Source: Candidatus Hadarchaeales archaeon
Lineage (GTDB): Archaea; Hadarchaeota; Hadarchaeia; Hadarchaeales; WYZ-LMO6
DNA length: 64,000 nt
Direction of reading: 5' to 3'
Assembly: GCA_038851755.1 (NCBI GenBank)
Contig: JAWCKR010000005.1
Coordinates: 1-64,000, forward strand
Shown in pieces: positions 18,540-28,261 of the stretch (positions are counted from its first letter, which is position 1; the number at the start of each line of letters is the position of its first letter). The notes below the pieces were generated by a model. The model did not search any database, had not been told where the DNA came from, and worked only from the letters and a program-made list of their open reading frames with translations. Made by a program: the position numbers and the translations under genes.

Positions 18540-20234
18540 ATGAAAACCCTTGAGTTGGAACCCCTGGGCAAGAAGTGGACGGTGCTGATGGTGGAGAAGG
18601 AGTACGACGAGCCTCTCTGGGAGCACGACGAGGTTCTGTTCCCCCGTCTACCCAAAGCCCTGGAAGTGGTCCGGACCCCCTCCGTGGCCTTCAGGGAGTT
18701 CCTCTGGGAACTCCTGACCAAGGAGAGACCGGACTTCGTCACCGACGAAAAAGGAAGGAAGAGCGACAGGGAGTTCTACGAGGAAAACCCGGTGGCCCAA
18801 ATATGCTCCGAGAAGGGGATACCTCTCTATCCTGCAGACGTGGACGAGAACGCCAGGTACTACCTGGAGGGAAGGGCGAGTGAAATCAGGGAGAAAAGGG
18901 ACGAAGTCTTGAAAGTGCTGGCCCGCAAAAGAAGGGGTGAAAAGCTCTCTCCCCAGCAGCTTGAGTACCTGAAGGCCTACGCACAGTACCTCCACCAAGA
19001 GCTGGAGGAAGAGGTGAGGAAGGCGGAGTTCGAGGTCAGGGAAGCCTGGATCACCATGGGAATTCTGGAGAGGGCCAAGAAGACCGATAAAGACAGGATT
19101 CTGGTGGTGCACCTGAGCAGCCCAAGGCACGTGGAAGGTGTGGCGAAACTCCTCAGGTCGATGGGAGCCACCATCACCCACGTGAAGCTGGAGAAGAAGG
19201 CCCTCCCCAACCTGAGGATGAATTTTCCCCCCACCAGGTTGGGGAGGGACCTCGAGCTACCCGGCTTCGAGGTCGTGCCCACGGCGAGGGTTGTGGGAGA
19301 GGAGGAGATACCTTCCCTCCTTTTTTTTCTCGACACCGAGCCGCACGTGAGCCCCTTCGACATCTCGCTGGCCTATGATGTGGGGTTCGACGCGGTCATC
19401 CCCTACGCTGGGGTCAGGGCTGAGGACGCCAAGAGCATCGTCCAGGACGCCCTTTTCTCCAGGGGACCCAAAGGGGTGAAGCGTTCCACCTTCCTCATAG
19501 GCGGAAGGTCCCTGGAGGAGGCAGAGAAAATCCTGAAGGTGGTGAAGGAGAGCATGTTTCCCCCCTTTGAGACCTCAGTGGTGATAGACCCACACGGGGC
19601 CTACACCACCTCCGCGGCCCTCGTGGCCAAGGTAGAGGAAGGAATCAAGAAGCTGGGGATGGTGAGCAAGGGCCTGAAGGCGGTGGTGCTCGCCGGAACA
19701 GGACCAGTGGGAATGGCCTCGGCCACTCTGCTGACCAGGCTAGGCTTCAGGGTGTACCTCACCTCCAGGAAGGAGGAGAGGGCCAAAAAGAGCGCGCAGG
19801 AAATCCTGGAGAGGTGGGGCGCAGAGGTGGAGGGCGTGCAGGTCGAAGACCAGGAAAAAACCTTCGAACTTCTCAGGGACACCTCCGTGGTGGTGGCAAG
19901 CGGGGCCCCCGGAGTGGAGCTGGTCTCGGACACCACCCTGGCAAGGCTGGAGGGAGACAGAAGGATCATGACGGACATCAACGCTGTGCCTCCGAGCGGG
20001 ATTGCGGGGCTGAAGCCCGACTATGACCTGCGGGAGTTCCGTCCCGGAATTTTCGGAATAGGAGCCCTAGTGGTGGGCAAACTCAAGAACAGAACAGAGA
20101 AGGAGATCCTCACCAGGGCCAGGCTCACCGGAAAGGGGGTGTACGACCTAGACTACGCCTTCAGAACGGCCAGGGAAATGCTCAGGGGAGTGGAGAGGGA
20201 AATAAAGCTGGCCCCTCTGCAAATCACCTACTGA
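18540..20234 (+). CDS. Fusion of a TraB/TIKI-like N-terminal domain with an NAD(P)-dependent methylene-H4MPT/H4F dehydrogenase (MtdA/MtdB family)
   Basis: C-terminal SPFDISLAYDVGFD, FSRGPKG, DPHGAYTTSAA, AGTGPVG, DINAVPPSGI, GIGALVVGKLK. Shine-Dalgarno GGAGGTGA precedes the ATG at 18540. Confidence 0.85.
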   Translation: MKTLELEPLGKKWTVLMVEKEYDEPLWEHDEVLFPRLPKALEVVRTPSVAFREFLWELLTKERPDFVTDEKGRKSDREFYEENPVAQICSEKGIPLYPADVDENARYYLEGRASEIREKRDEVLKVLARKRRGEKLSPQQLEYLKAYAQYLHQELEEEVRKAEFEVREAWITMGILERAKKTDKDRILVVHLSSPRHVEGVAKLLRSMGATITHVKLEKKALPNLRMNFPPTRLGRDLELPGFEVVPTARVVGEEEIPSLLFFLDTEPHVSPFDISLAYDVGFDAVIPYAGVRAEDAKSIVQDALFSRGPKGVKRSTFLIGGRSLEEAEKILKVVKESMFPPFETSVVIDPHGAYTTSAALVAKVEEGIKKLGMVSKGLKAVVLAGTGPVGMASATLLTRLGFRVYLTSRKEERAKKSAQEILERWGAEVEGVQVEDQEKTFELLRDTSVVVASGAPGVELVSDTTLARLEGDRRIMTDINAVPPSGIAGLKPDYDLREFRPGIFGIGALVVGKLKNRTEKEILTRARLTGKGVYDLDYAFRTAREMLRGVEREIKLAPLQITY

Positions 20235-20268
20235 ATCCTTTTTTAGCTCGAGAAGAAAAGAAGAGGAG

Positions 20269-20556
20269 ATGGGAACCGATCCAAGCTGGCTCGTCCCCCT
20301 CCTCGCCCCCTTCCTGATAGGGCTGGTGGTGGGGGCCATGGTCAAGGCGGCGGCTAAGTTCGTCCTCCTCCTGCTGGTGCTGGTGGCCATCCTGGCCGTG
20401 ACCGGGCTCATCGCCTTCTCCGTGGAGGACCTCTTCGGGAGGGCCATGGACTACCTCCCCAACCTCCTCAAGACGGGGAGCGCGGCCAAGGACGTCCTCC
20501 CCTACACCTCCCTCAGCTTTCTGCTGGGCTTGCTGCTGGGGCTCTGGAAGCTCTAG
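20269..20556 (+). CDS. Small membrane protein
   Basis: Hydrophobic 95-aa ORF with a purine-rich RBS. Confidence 0.75.
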   Translation: MGTDPSWLVPLLAPFLIGLVVGAMVKAAAKFVLLLLVLVAILAVTGLIAFSVEDLFGRAMDYLPNLLKTGSAAKDVLPYTSLSFLLGLLLGLWKL

Positions 20557-20561
20557 AGACC

Positions 20562-21350
20562 TTGAGGATCCGTCCCGTGGTGGGTTCTCCCGCTCTCTCC
20601 TTCTCGGCGGGAGGGGAGCGGGTGCTGGTGGTGGCCGACCTCCACCTGGGGATGGAGGGAGAGCTGGCGGAGAAGGGGATCTCCCTCCCCAGCCAGATCC
20701 CTTCCGCGAGGAGGAGACTTGAGGAGCTGGTGAGGACGGAGAGGCCACACAGGCTGGTCTTCCTGGGGGACGTGAAGCACAACGTCCCCACCAGCACCTG
20801 GAGGGAATGGGCCGAACTTCCCTCCTTCTTCGAGGCCCTGCTGGAAGCGGTGGAGAGGGTGGAGGTGGTGAAGGGCAACCACGACGGGGACATAGAGGGG
20901 ATGATCCCGCACGGGGTGAGGGTGCATGATCCCGGAGGAATGAGGGTGGGCGAGGTAGGACTGCTCCACGGGCACACCTGGCCCTCCCGGGACCTCTGGG
21001 GGGCGAAGGTGCTGGTGTGCGCCCACAGCCACCCGGCGGTGGAGTTCAGGGACCCGCTGGGCGGGAGGGTGGTGGCGCCCGTGTGGCTGAGGGGAAAGCT
21101 GGACACCTCCCTCCTCCCCCCCGAGAGGAGGAAGGGGGTGGAGGGGCACCGGAAGGTGGTCGTGCTGCCGGCCTTCGGGGAGCTGGTGGGGGGATACGCC
21201 GTGAACGGGCCCTCCTCCGAGGAACTCCTCGGGCCCCTCTTCCGCTGCGGAGCCGTTCGGATGGAGGAGATGGAGGCCTTCCTGCTGGACGGCACCTACC
21301 TGGGAAAGGTGGGCGGGCTCCCAGGGAAGCCTAATTACTCGGGAGGGTGA
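20562..21350 (+). CDS. Calcineurin-like metallophosphoesterase
   Basis: ADLHLG, LGDVKH, KGNHDG, HGH, HSHP, VLPAF. Confidence 0.92.
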   Translation: MRIRPVVGSPALSFSAGGERVLVVADLHLGMEGELAEKGISLPSQIPSARRRLEELVRTERPHRLVFLGDVKHNVPTSTWREWAELPSFFEALLEAVERVEVVKGNHDGDIEGMIPHGVRVHDPGGMRVGEVGLLHGHTWPSRDLWGAKVLVCAHSHPAVEFRDPLGGRVVAPVWLRGKLDTSLLPPERRKGVEGHRKVVVLPAFGELVGGYAVNGPSSEELLGPLFRCGAVRMEEMEAFLLDGTYLGKVGGLPGKPNYSGG

Positions 21351-21360
21351 GGGAAAGGAG

Positions 21361-21558
21361 ATGGGAGCGGTCTTCAGGCCGGAGGACATGAAGAGGAGGG
21401 AATGGGTGAGGAGGGCCCTGAGGGACCTGAGCCCGGAGGTGGTGAGAAGGGTGGAAGAACTCCTGACCAGGAGGGGGGAGGGATGGGAAGGAGAGCTGGA
21501 GAGGCTGGTGGGGAGGGAGAGAAGCAAGCGGCTTCTGGAGGAGCTGGGGGGGCGGTGA
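21361..21558 (+). CDS. Hypothetical small protein
   Basis: 65-aa Glu/Arg-rich ORF with AGGAG RBS. Confidence 0.65.
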   Translation: MGAVFRPEDMKRREWVRRALRDLSPEVVRRVEELLTRRGEGWEGELERLVGRERSKRLLEELGGR

Positions 21559-21559
21559 A

Positions 21560-21652
21560 GTGGTGGTCAAGGGTTTGGTCTACCTGCTCCTGGCCCTCCT
21601 CCTGCTGGGCCTTCACCTCCTCCTCCGCCACCTCAAGCGGAAAATGGTCTAG
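21560..21652 (+). CDS. Possible 30-aa single-TM peptide
   Basis: VVVKGLVYLLLALLLLGLHLLLRHLKRKMV*; fills the gap exactly and follows a GGTGA RBS-like sequence. Confidence 0.4.
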   Translation: MVVKGLVYLLLALLLLGLHLLLRHLKRKMV

Positions 21653-22831
21653 CTACCTTCCCTTCGCGGCCACGATGCTTATCACGTCGCCGTCCTTCAG
21701 CTCGTGGTCCTCCCCCACCCTGCGCTTCGTCCTGGCGTCTATGGCGTAGAGGAAGGATTCCCCCAGCTCCGTATGGATCCGGTAGGCCAGCTGTCTGGCT
21801 GTGGTCCCCTTCGGCACCAGGAAGGCGTCCGGGAGAACGTTCCCGTCCTTGTCCGTGAGCTTGTTCTCGTCCTCCACGGGGTAGACGGCTATCAGGCCCA
21901 GGAACCTGTAGACGGCGGTGTCCAGGCACTCCTGCACCCCCGTGCTCCCCCACCTCTCCAGGTACTTCTTCACCGCCTCGAGCGCCCTGGCCTGCTCGGG
22001 GGTGAGGGCCTCCGGCTTCAGGACCCGGAAGGTGGGATCCCCAGGCCTGTAGGAGACCAGCCCCTTCTCGGCCGCCCTCCTCAGGAGGAGCTCGGCCTCC
22101 GAGCTCACCGGGACCACCGTGTAGCCCGCGGCGCGCATCCTCTCCACGTTCTCCGCCGCCCCCCCCAGGTCGGCCTTATTGGCCACCGCCATGATGGGCT
22201 TGCTCAGCTTCCTGAGCTCCCTGGCCAGCTCCAGGGGACGGGAGGGATCGAAGGGAGCACGCTGCAGGGCGAGGGAAACCTGCTCTTCCGTGATACCCAG
22301 GCCGCTCAGCCTCTTCGACAGCTCCACCGCCAGGTCCTCCCCCCTCAGCTCCACCGCCCTGGCGAACTTCTTCCATCCCCTCTCCAGAATCCCGCACAGC
22401 CACAGGTCTATCTCCTCCTCCAGGAAGGCAAGGTCCTCCAGCGGGTCATGGGTACCCGGGGGGCACGGTCTCCCGTTCTCGTCCGTGGAGCCAGCGGCGT
22501 CCACCACATGCAGGAGGGCGGAGGCCATGCGAAGGCTGTCCAGAAACTTGTTCCCCAGTCCCTTCCCCTGGTGCGCCCCCTTCACCAGACCAGCCACGTC
22601 GATAATCCTCACGGGGATGTACCTCACCCCGCCCACGCAGGCGGAGTTCCTGGGATGGCATTTCACCCCGAACTCCCCGCAGGGGCACTTCCCCCTCACA
22701 TGGGCCACGCCCACGTTGGGCTCTATGGTGGTGAAGGGGTAGTTGGCCACGGGCACGCTCGCCAGGGTGGCGGCGTTGAAGAAGGTGCTCTTCCCGGTGT
22801 TGGGTTTGCCCACCAGGCCCAGCTCTATCAT
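21653..22831 (-). CDS. ychF: YchF/Obg-family ATPase with TGS domain
   Basis: GLVGKPNTGKST, NYPFTTIEPN, DVAGL, GLGNKFL, NKAD. Confidence 0.95.
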   Translation of the reverse strand: MIELGLVGKPNTGKSTFFNAATLASVPVANYPFTTIEPNVGVAHVRGKCPCGEFGVKCHPRNSACVGGVRYIPVRIIDVAGLVKGAHQGKGLGNKFLDSLRMASALLHVVDAAGSTDENGRPCPPGTHDPLEDLAFLEEEIDLWLCGILERGWKKFARAVELRGEDLAVELSKRLSGLGITEEQVSLALQRAPFDPSRPLELARELRKLSKPIMAVANKADLGGAAENVERMRAAGYTVVPVSSEAELLLRRAAEKGLVSYRPGDPTFRVLKPEALTPEQARALEAVKKYLERWGSTGVQECLDTAVYRFLGLIAVYPVEDENKLTDKDGNVLPDAFLVPKGTTARQLAYRIHTELGESFLYAIDARTKRRVGEDHELKDGDVISIVAAKGR

Positions 22832-23166
22832 GGGGAACCCAGGTGCTCGAAGTAGTATCCAGGTTCCTTCTTGCTCCCGAAGCTCCTGACCCCCTTCTCC
22901 CTCAGCTGCTTCCTCAGCCCCCCGGCGTACTCGTGGGTGATCTCCCCCCTCCTCTCCAGATAGTCGATGATCTCCTCCGCCTCCTTCTCGCTCTCGCACC
23001 TCCGCAGAAAGTCCACCGCGGAGGGGGAGAAGCCCTCTCCCCTGGCGGCCCTCTCCGCCTCCCCCCTCTCCGTTCTGCTCCCGGAAATCCTCACCGTTCC
23101 CTCCCCACCCATCTCCTCCGCCAGGTGGGGGAAGAGCTTCCTGAACTTCTCGGGGGTGAACTCCAA
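22828..23166 (-). CDS. DUF2095 family protein
   Basis: FRKLFPHLAEE, DFLRRC, EIIDYLERRGEI, GVRSFGSKKEPGYY. Confidence 0.85.
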   Translation of the reverse strand: MEFTPEKFRKLFPHLAEEMGGEGTVRISGSRTERGEAERAARGEGFSPSAVDFLRRCESEKEAEEIIDYLERRGEITHEYAGGLRKQLREKGVRSFGSKKEPGYYFEHLGSP

Positions 23167-23167
23167 G

Positions 23168-24472
23168 CTACTCCTCCGAGGTCCCCGCTCCCGCCTCGCT
23201 CCCCCAGCTCCTGCGCTCGATGGTGGGCCTGGCGAGGAAGATCTGCCTGGGAGGCACGTCCTCGTACACCACGGCCCCCGGCCCAATGGCGGAATCGGGA
23301 CCTATCTTCACCCCCGGGTTGATCATGCAGTTCACTCCCGTCTTCACGTTGTCCGCTATGATGGTCCCCAGCTTCCTCCTCCTGGTCCCCACCCTGTTCC
23401 CCTCCACCTCCATCTCCACCTCGGCCTCGTCAAGGCGCAGGTTGGCGATGGTGGTCCCCGCCCCCAGGTTGCACCCGCTCCCGATCACGGAGTCGCCCAC
23501 GTAGGAGAGGTGGGCGATGTGGGTGTGGTCCATCACGATGCTGTTCTTGATCTCCACCCCGTGTCCCACCCTGACGTGGTCCCCTATGTAGGTGCATGGC
23601 CTGATGTAGCAGTTGGGGCCTATGTCACAGTGCTTCCCTATGTACACAGGACCCTCGATGTAGGAACCCGACCTTATCCTCGTTCCCTCCCCCACGTACA
23701 CGTTCTCCTCTATGTGCACCCCGAACTCTATCTTCCCGTGGACCTCCCCCTTCTGCCTCCTCAGGAAGTGCTCGTTGGCCACCAGGAGGTCCCACGGTCT
23801 CCCCAGGTCCGCCCAGAAACTCAGGGGGGAGGCGTAGATCTTCCTTCCTTCCTGGAGGAGCAGCTGCAGGGAGGTGGTGATCTCGTACTCGCCCCTCTCC
23901 GACCTCCCCGTCCTCTCTATGGCCCTGAAGATCTCGGGGGTGAAGGTGTAGACCCCCGCGTTCACCGTCCTGACCTCCGGTGCCCTGGGCTTCTCCTCCA
24001 CCCTCGCCACCTTCCCACCCTGCAGGTACACCACCCCGTACTGGCTGGCGTCCTCCACCTCGTAGGTGGCCAGGCAACCCCCGAAGTCGGGAGAGGAAAC
24101 CCTCTCGGCATGGAGGTCCAGGAGGCGCCGGATGGACCCCTCATCGGTGAGCGTGTCCCCGTTGATGACCAGGAAGTCCTCCTTTCCCACCCACTCCCTG
24201 GTGAGGGAGATGGCCTGGGCCGTCCCCAGGAGCTCCTGCTGGTGGAAGTAGGTGATCTTCAGGCCCAGGCCCGAGCCATCCCCGTACCTCTCCATGATCT
24301 GTTCCTTCCCGTAACCCACCACCATGCCCACCTCCTGGAAGGTCCCCGCCAGGAGCTCCAGCACCCTGTCCAGCGCGGGCTTTCCCGCCACGGGTAGGAG
24401 GAACTTGGGGCGGGTGAAGGTCAGGGGACGCATCCTCTTCCCCAGCCCTGCCGCCAGGACCACCGCCTTCAT
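23168..24472 (-). CDS. glmU: Bifunctional sugar-1-phosphate nucleotidyltransferase/acetyltransferase
   Basis: LAAGLGKRMRPLT, EEKP, hexapeptide repeats, HLSYVGDS. Confidence 0.92.
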   Translation of the reverse strand: MKAVVLAAGLGKRMRPLTFTRPKFLLPVAGKPALDRVLELLAGTFQEVGMVVGYGKEQIMERYGDGSGLGLKITYFHQQELLGTAQAISLTREWVGKEDFLVINGDTLTDEGSIRRLLDLHAERVSSPDFGGCLATYEVEDASQYGVVYLQGGKVARVEEKPRAPEVRTVNAGVYTFTPEIFRAIERTGRSERGEYEITTSLQLLLQEGRKIYASPLSFWADLGRPWDLLVANEHFLRRQKGEVHGKIEFGVHIEENVYVGEGTRIRSGSYIEGPVYIGKHCDIGPNCYIRPCTYIGDHVRVGHGVEIKNSIVMDHTHIAHLSYVGDSVIGSGCNLGAGTTIANLRLDEAEVEMEVEGNRVGTRRRKLGTIIADNVKTGVNCMINPGVKIGPDSAIGPGAVVYEDVPPRQIFLARPTIERRSWGSEAGAGTSEE

Positions 24473-24497
24473 CCAACCTCCCTCTCCACCGCCCGAT

Positions 24498-25829
24498 TTA
24501 TACGATGAGGGAGAGGACCTCCCTCATCCTCCTCCTGGCCACGCCCTCCTCCCGCGCCTCGCAGGTGATCCTCAGGTAGGGCTCGGTGCCCGAGGGCCTC
24601 ACCAGCACCCAGCTCCCCTCCTCGAAGGTGATCCTGAGACCGTCCACCTCCTCCGCCCCCACCACCCCGCCGAGCTTTCTGTACTCCCTCCTGAGCCTCT
24701 CCATCTTCTCCACCCTCTCCGCCGGGGAGCAGGGAAGCTTCTCCCTCAGGAGGGGATAGGAAGGCACCTCCTCCAGGAGCTCCGACAGCTTCCTCCCTCC
24801 CTCCTCCAGCATCCTGAGGACCATCACGGCGGCGAGGGGACCGTCGGGAGCCAGGTGTGCCTCCGGGAAGATCCAGGCGCCGCTGGGCTCCCCTCCGAAC
24901 CTTCCCCCCACCTCCTTCAGGGCCCTGGCCACGCTCACGTCCCCCACCCTCGTCCTCACCACCTTCCCCCCCTTCCTCTCCACCCACTCCTCCACCACGC
25001 TGGAGGCGTCCACCGTGGTCACCACCTTCTCCCCCCTCCCCACCAGGTGGGAGGCCACCAGTGCCAGTAGCCTGTCGGGCTGCACGAACCTGCCCCTGTC
25101 GTCCACCACGGCGATCCTGTCGGCGTCCCCGTCGTGGGCAAAACCCAGCTCGGCCCCGCTCGATACCACCACCCTCGAGAGGCCGGAGAGACTTTCTGGC
25201 GAAGGCTCGGACCCCCTCCCCGGAAACTCACCGCTGGGGAAACCGTTGAGGGAGAGGACCTCGCACCCCCCCTCCCTCAGGAGGAAGGGGGTCACCCTGG
25301 AGGCCGCCCCGTTCCCGCAGTCCACCACCACCCTGTGCCTTTCGCGCGGAGAAAAGCGATCCAGAACCCACCGGAGGTACTCACCCACAGGGTCGCGCTC
25401 CTCCGTCCTCCCTACCCTCTTCCACTCCACCCCGCCGGCCCCCTCCATCTCCCTCTCCAGTTCCTCCTCCCTCTCGGGCGTGAAGGCCGCACCCTCTCCA
25501 TCCCAGCACTTCAGGCCGTTGTACTCGGGCGGGTTGTGGGAGGCGGTGATCATCACCCCGGACCTCGCCCCCCACTTCCTGGTGGCGAAGGCCAGCACGG
25601 GGGTGGGGATCATTCCCGCCCTCACCGCCGTGCACCCTCCCGAGAGGAGCCCGGAGAGGAGGGCGCTCTCCAGCATCTCGCTCGAGGTTCTGGGATCCCT
25701 TCCCACCACCACCCTCCCCGAGTTCCCCAACAGGCTGGCCAGACCCAGACCCACCCTCATGGCCAGAGGTGGGTCCACCTCCCGGTTGGCCACGCCCCTT
25801 ATGCCCGAGGTCCCGAACAGGCGGGGCAA
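24498..25829 (-). CDS. glmM: Phosphoglucosamine mutase/phosphomannomutase
   Basis: LFGTSGIRG, TASHNP, DGDADR, GGEPSG, RPSGTEP. Confidence 0.93.
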   Translation of the reverse strand: MPRLFGTSGIRGVANREVDPPLAMRVGLGLASLLGNSGRVVVGRDPRTSSEMLESALLSGLLSGGCTAVRAGMIPTPVLAFATRKWGARSGVMITASHNPPEYNGLKCWDGEGAAFTPEREEELEREMEGAGGVEWKRVGRTEERDPVGEYLRWVLDRFSPRERHRVVVDCGNGAASRVTPFLLREGGCEVLSLNGFPSGEFPGRGSEPSPESLSGLSRVVVSSGAELGFAHDGDADRIAVVDDRGRFVQPDRLLALVASHLVGRGEKVVTTVDASSVVEEWVERKGGKVVRTRVGDVSVARALKEVGGRFGGEPSGAWIFPEAHLAPDGPLAAVMVLRMLEEGGRKLSELLEEVPSYPLLREKLPCSPAERVEKMERLRREYRKLGGVVGAEEVDGLRITFEEGSWVLVRPSGTEPYLRITCEAREEGVARRRMREVLSLIV

Positions 25830-25833
25830 TCTC

Positions 25834-26490
25834 TCAGACCCCGGCTCCCTCCGGGGCCGGGACTTCAGGGGCGGGGGGCTCAGCCGGTGCTGCAGGGGCC
25901 GCCTCACTCCTGGGCGGTGCCTTCATAACCTCCGTCTTCTGGACCTCCACCCTGCGTATGGGGCAGTACTTCTTGGCCACCTTGTAGATGTCGGCGGAGA
26001 GCTTGCCGAGCACGGCCTCCTGTACGAACTGGTCGAAGGTGCGCTCGGAGGCCCTGGTCGTGAGGAGGTCGGTGATCTCGGAGCGTATGGCCCGCACCTT
26101 CTCCCTGGAGATCTTCCTCACGGTCATCACCACCGAGGTGAGCTGGATCTCCCTCCCGTCCTTCGTCCTCACGGTGAGAATGTGGGTGATCTTGGTGGCC
26201 CTCCTCCTCACCTGGCTCCTCAGGAAGTGCTGCGCCAGGTCGTGACCCACGAAGTCCGTGTAGGCCTTCTCCCCGTCCACCTTCACCACCTGGAAGAAGA
26301 GCTTGAGGTAGGATTTTGAAACGTCCTGGACCAGGTCACCCAGCGAAACCTCCACCTTCCTCCCCAGCAGCTTCTCGGGCTCGGAGGCGAGGGTCTCCCC
26401 TATCCTAGTCCCCCCGAACATAGGGGGAGCGTACAGGTCGTACCAGACCTTCTTCTTCCACACCTTCGCCTGGCTTGCTTTCTCGGGCAA
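25834..26490 (-). CDS. rps3ae: 30S ribosomal protein S3Ae (eS1)
   Basis: WKKKVWY..APPMFG, LLGRKVEVSL, PIRRVEVQK. Confidence 0.95.
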   Translation of the reverse strand: MPEKASQAKVWKKKVWYDLYAPPMFGGTRIGETLASEPEKLLGRKVEVSLGDLVQDVSKSYLKLFFQVVKVDGEKAYTDFVGHDLAQHFLRSQVRRRATKITHILTVRTKDGREIQLTSVVMTVRKISREKVRAIRSEITDLLTTRASERTFDQFVQEAVLGKLSADIYKVAKKYCPIRRVEVQKTEVMKAPPRSEAAPAAPAEPPAPEVPAPEGAGV

Positions 26491-26494
26491 AGCC

Positions 26495-27976
26495 TCACCC
26501 CCCACCTTTCTCCCCGGTGGATAAAACCCTCACGTGTGCCCTCACGGGACCAGGCCAGGAGCCTTCCTCCAGCCCGTAATGGGCCAGGAAGCCCACCGCC
26601 CACCGGGTGGTCCCAAAACCGCAGCAACCCGTCCAGATCCTCCTCCCCCTGGCTTCCTTTATCCCGAAGGACTTGACGAACTTGTCCCCGTGCACGTTCA
26701 GGGAGGCCACCTCCAGCCAGTCCTGCTTGTAGGGCAGCCTCACCTCCAGGTCGTAGGTGGCCACCTCGGGCCCGCTCTTCTCCTTCTCCCCCTCCCTGAG
26801 GTAGAAGGGAGTGGCCACGGTCAGCCTCCACCTCACCCCCAGCTTCCTCAGGAGGTTCTCGCTCCTCTCCCTCACTCCCTCCCTGAGCTCCACCACCTGC
26901 TCTGGGGAGCCCAGGAACACCAGCTCTATCCTCCTGAACTCATGGGTGCGAATCAGCCCCTCCGCCCCTCCCCCCTCCCACCTGTAGGTCCAACCGCTCC
27001 TGTCGAAGAGCTTGACGGGGAGTTCCTCCAGCCTCACCTGCCTCCCGCTGAACATCTGGTAGAAGGGCTCACACTGGGCGGGGGCCAGCACGTAAGAGGG
27101 GTTCTCCACCGCCTCCTTCAGCAGCTCGGACGCCACCCTCTTCCGCAGCTTCATCTCGGCCTTGAACCTCGAGAAGGCCTGGGGGTCCCTCGGCGGGGAG
27201 CAGACGTAGTACATCCCCTCCGGTATGCCGTCCAGGTACCCTGGCATGTTCTTCATCACCTCCAGGGAAATCAGCTTGGGGAACATGGCCTCCCTGAAGC
27301 CCAGGGGCCTCACCACCTCCTCCAGGATCAGCTCCTCCAGGGCCCTCAGCAGGGACACGAAGGGGGGACCGTAGAGCCACTGACCCCTCCCTGGGAACTC
27401 CTGGATCCAGCCCCTCTTCTCCATTTCCTCGGTGGGGTTGCCGGAAAAGATGGGCGGGGTCCCCTCCTCCTCCCTGACCGCCTCGGGTACCTGCCCTGCG
27501 GTGGGGATCACGGGCTGCTGTTCCACCAGTGAAACCAAACGATCCACCGTCCCCCTCCTGAGATCGGACTCCGAAAGCCCCCTGAGCACCAGAGACACGC
27601 GTCCCTCCTCTCTCTCCACCTCGTAGTGGAGGCCCCGGAGCAAGTCATCCACACCCCCCGGGAGGGAGGGAAGCTCGAGGCGGTACTCCAAACCCTTTAT
27701 CTCCCTAAGGCCCAGTCTGTGCCTCCCCAGCATCTCCCTCAGCACTCTGGCCAGCCTCAGGAGAGCGCTGTGCGCCCTCACGTACCTGTCGGAGACCAAC
27801 AAGAGCTCCAGTTCCTCCCCCCTCACCTCCCATCCCTCCACTCTCGCGCCCTCCTTTCCGGGGGGGGCCCCCTTGCGCAGGAGCTCGGATGAGCTCTCCA
27901 GCAACCTTCCTATCTCTTCCCTGCACTCCTCCAGTCCTCCGCTGAACCTCAGCCTCGCCCTAAGCGTGAACTTCAA
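26495..27976 (-). CDS. serS: Seryl-tRNA synthetase, methanogen type (type 2)
   Basis: FPGRGQW, LAPAQCEPFY, DRSGWTYRWEGGG, HEFRRIE, WTGCCGFG. Confidence 0.93.
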   Translation of the reverse strand: MKFTLRARLRFSGGLEECREEIGRLLESSSELLRKGAPPGKEGARVEGWEVRGEELELLLVSDRYVRAHSALLRLARVLREMLGRHRLGLREIKGLEYRLELPSLPGGVDDLLRGLHYEVEREEGRVSLVLRGLSESDLRRGTVDRLVSLVEQQPVIPTAGQVPEAVREEEGTPPIFSGNPTEEMEKRGWIQEFPGRGQWLYGPPFVSLLRALEELILEEVVRPLGFREAMFPKLISLEVMKNMPGYLDGIPEGMYYVCSPPRDPQAFSRFKAEMKLRKRVASELLKEAVENPSYVLAPAQCEPFYQMFSGRQVRLEELPVKLFDRSGWTYRWEGGGAEGLIRTHEFRRIELVFLGSPEQVVELREGVRERSENLLRKLGVRWRLTVATPFYLREGEKEKSGPEVATYDLEVRLPYKQDWLEVASLNVHGDKFVKSFGIKEARGRRIWTGCCGFGTTRWAVGFLAHYGLEEGSWPGPVRAHVRVLSTGEKGGG

Positions 27977-28013
27977 GCCGGTCTTCCCCTTTGTCCCTCC
28001 GGAAATAAGTATT

Positions 28014-28256
28014 TCACAGCCCGCCCAGGTCCTCCGCCACCTCCGTACAGGCGAGCAGGTCGTCCAGGGTGGCCAGCAGGGTTTCTATCCTTCCCTCCAT
28101 TCTGACCACCGTCACCACCGCCTTCCCCCTCCTCACCGTCCTGAGCTCCACACCCTTTCCTTCCACGTTGTCGGGGGAGAGGGCCCTTGCCACGGCCTCC
28201 GCCACCCTTCGCTCAGGATAGAGGCAACGCACCCTGGCCCTGAGCTCCATCTCCAC
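28014..28256 (-). CDS. pcc1: KEOPS complex subunit Pcc1
   Basis: AEAVARALSPDN, LLATLDDLL; conserved position upstream of serS-rps3ae. Confidence 0.85.
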   Translation of the reverse strand: MEMELRARVRCLYPERRVAEAVARALSPDNVEGKGVELRTVRRGKAVVTVVRMEGRIETLLATLDDLLACTEVAEDLGGL

Positions 28257-28261
28257 ACCGC

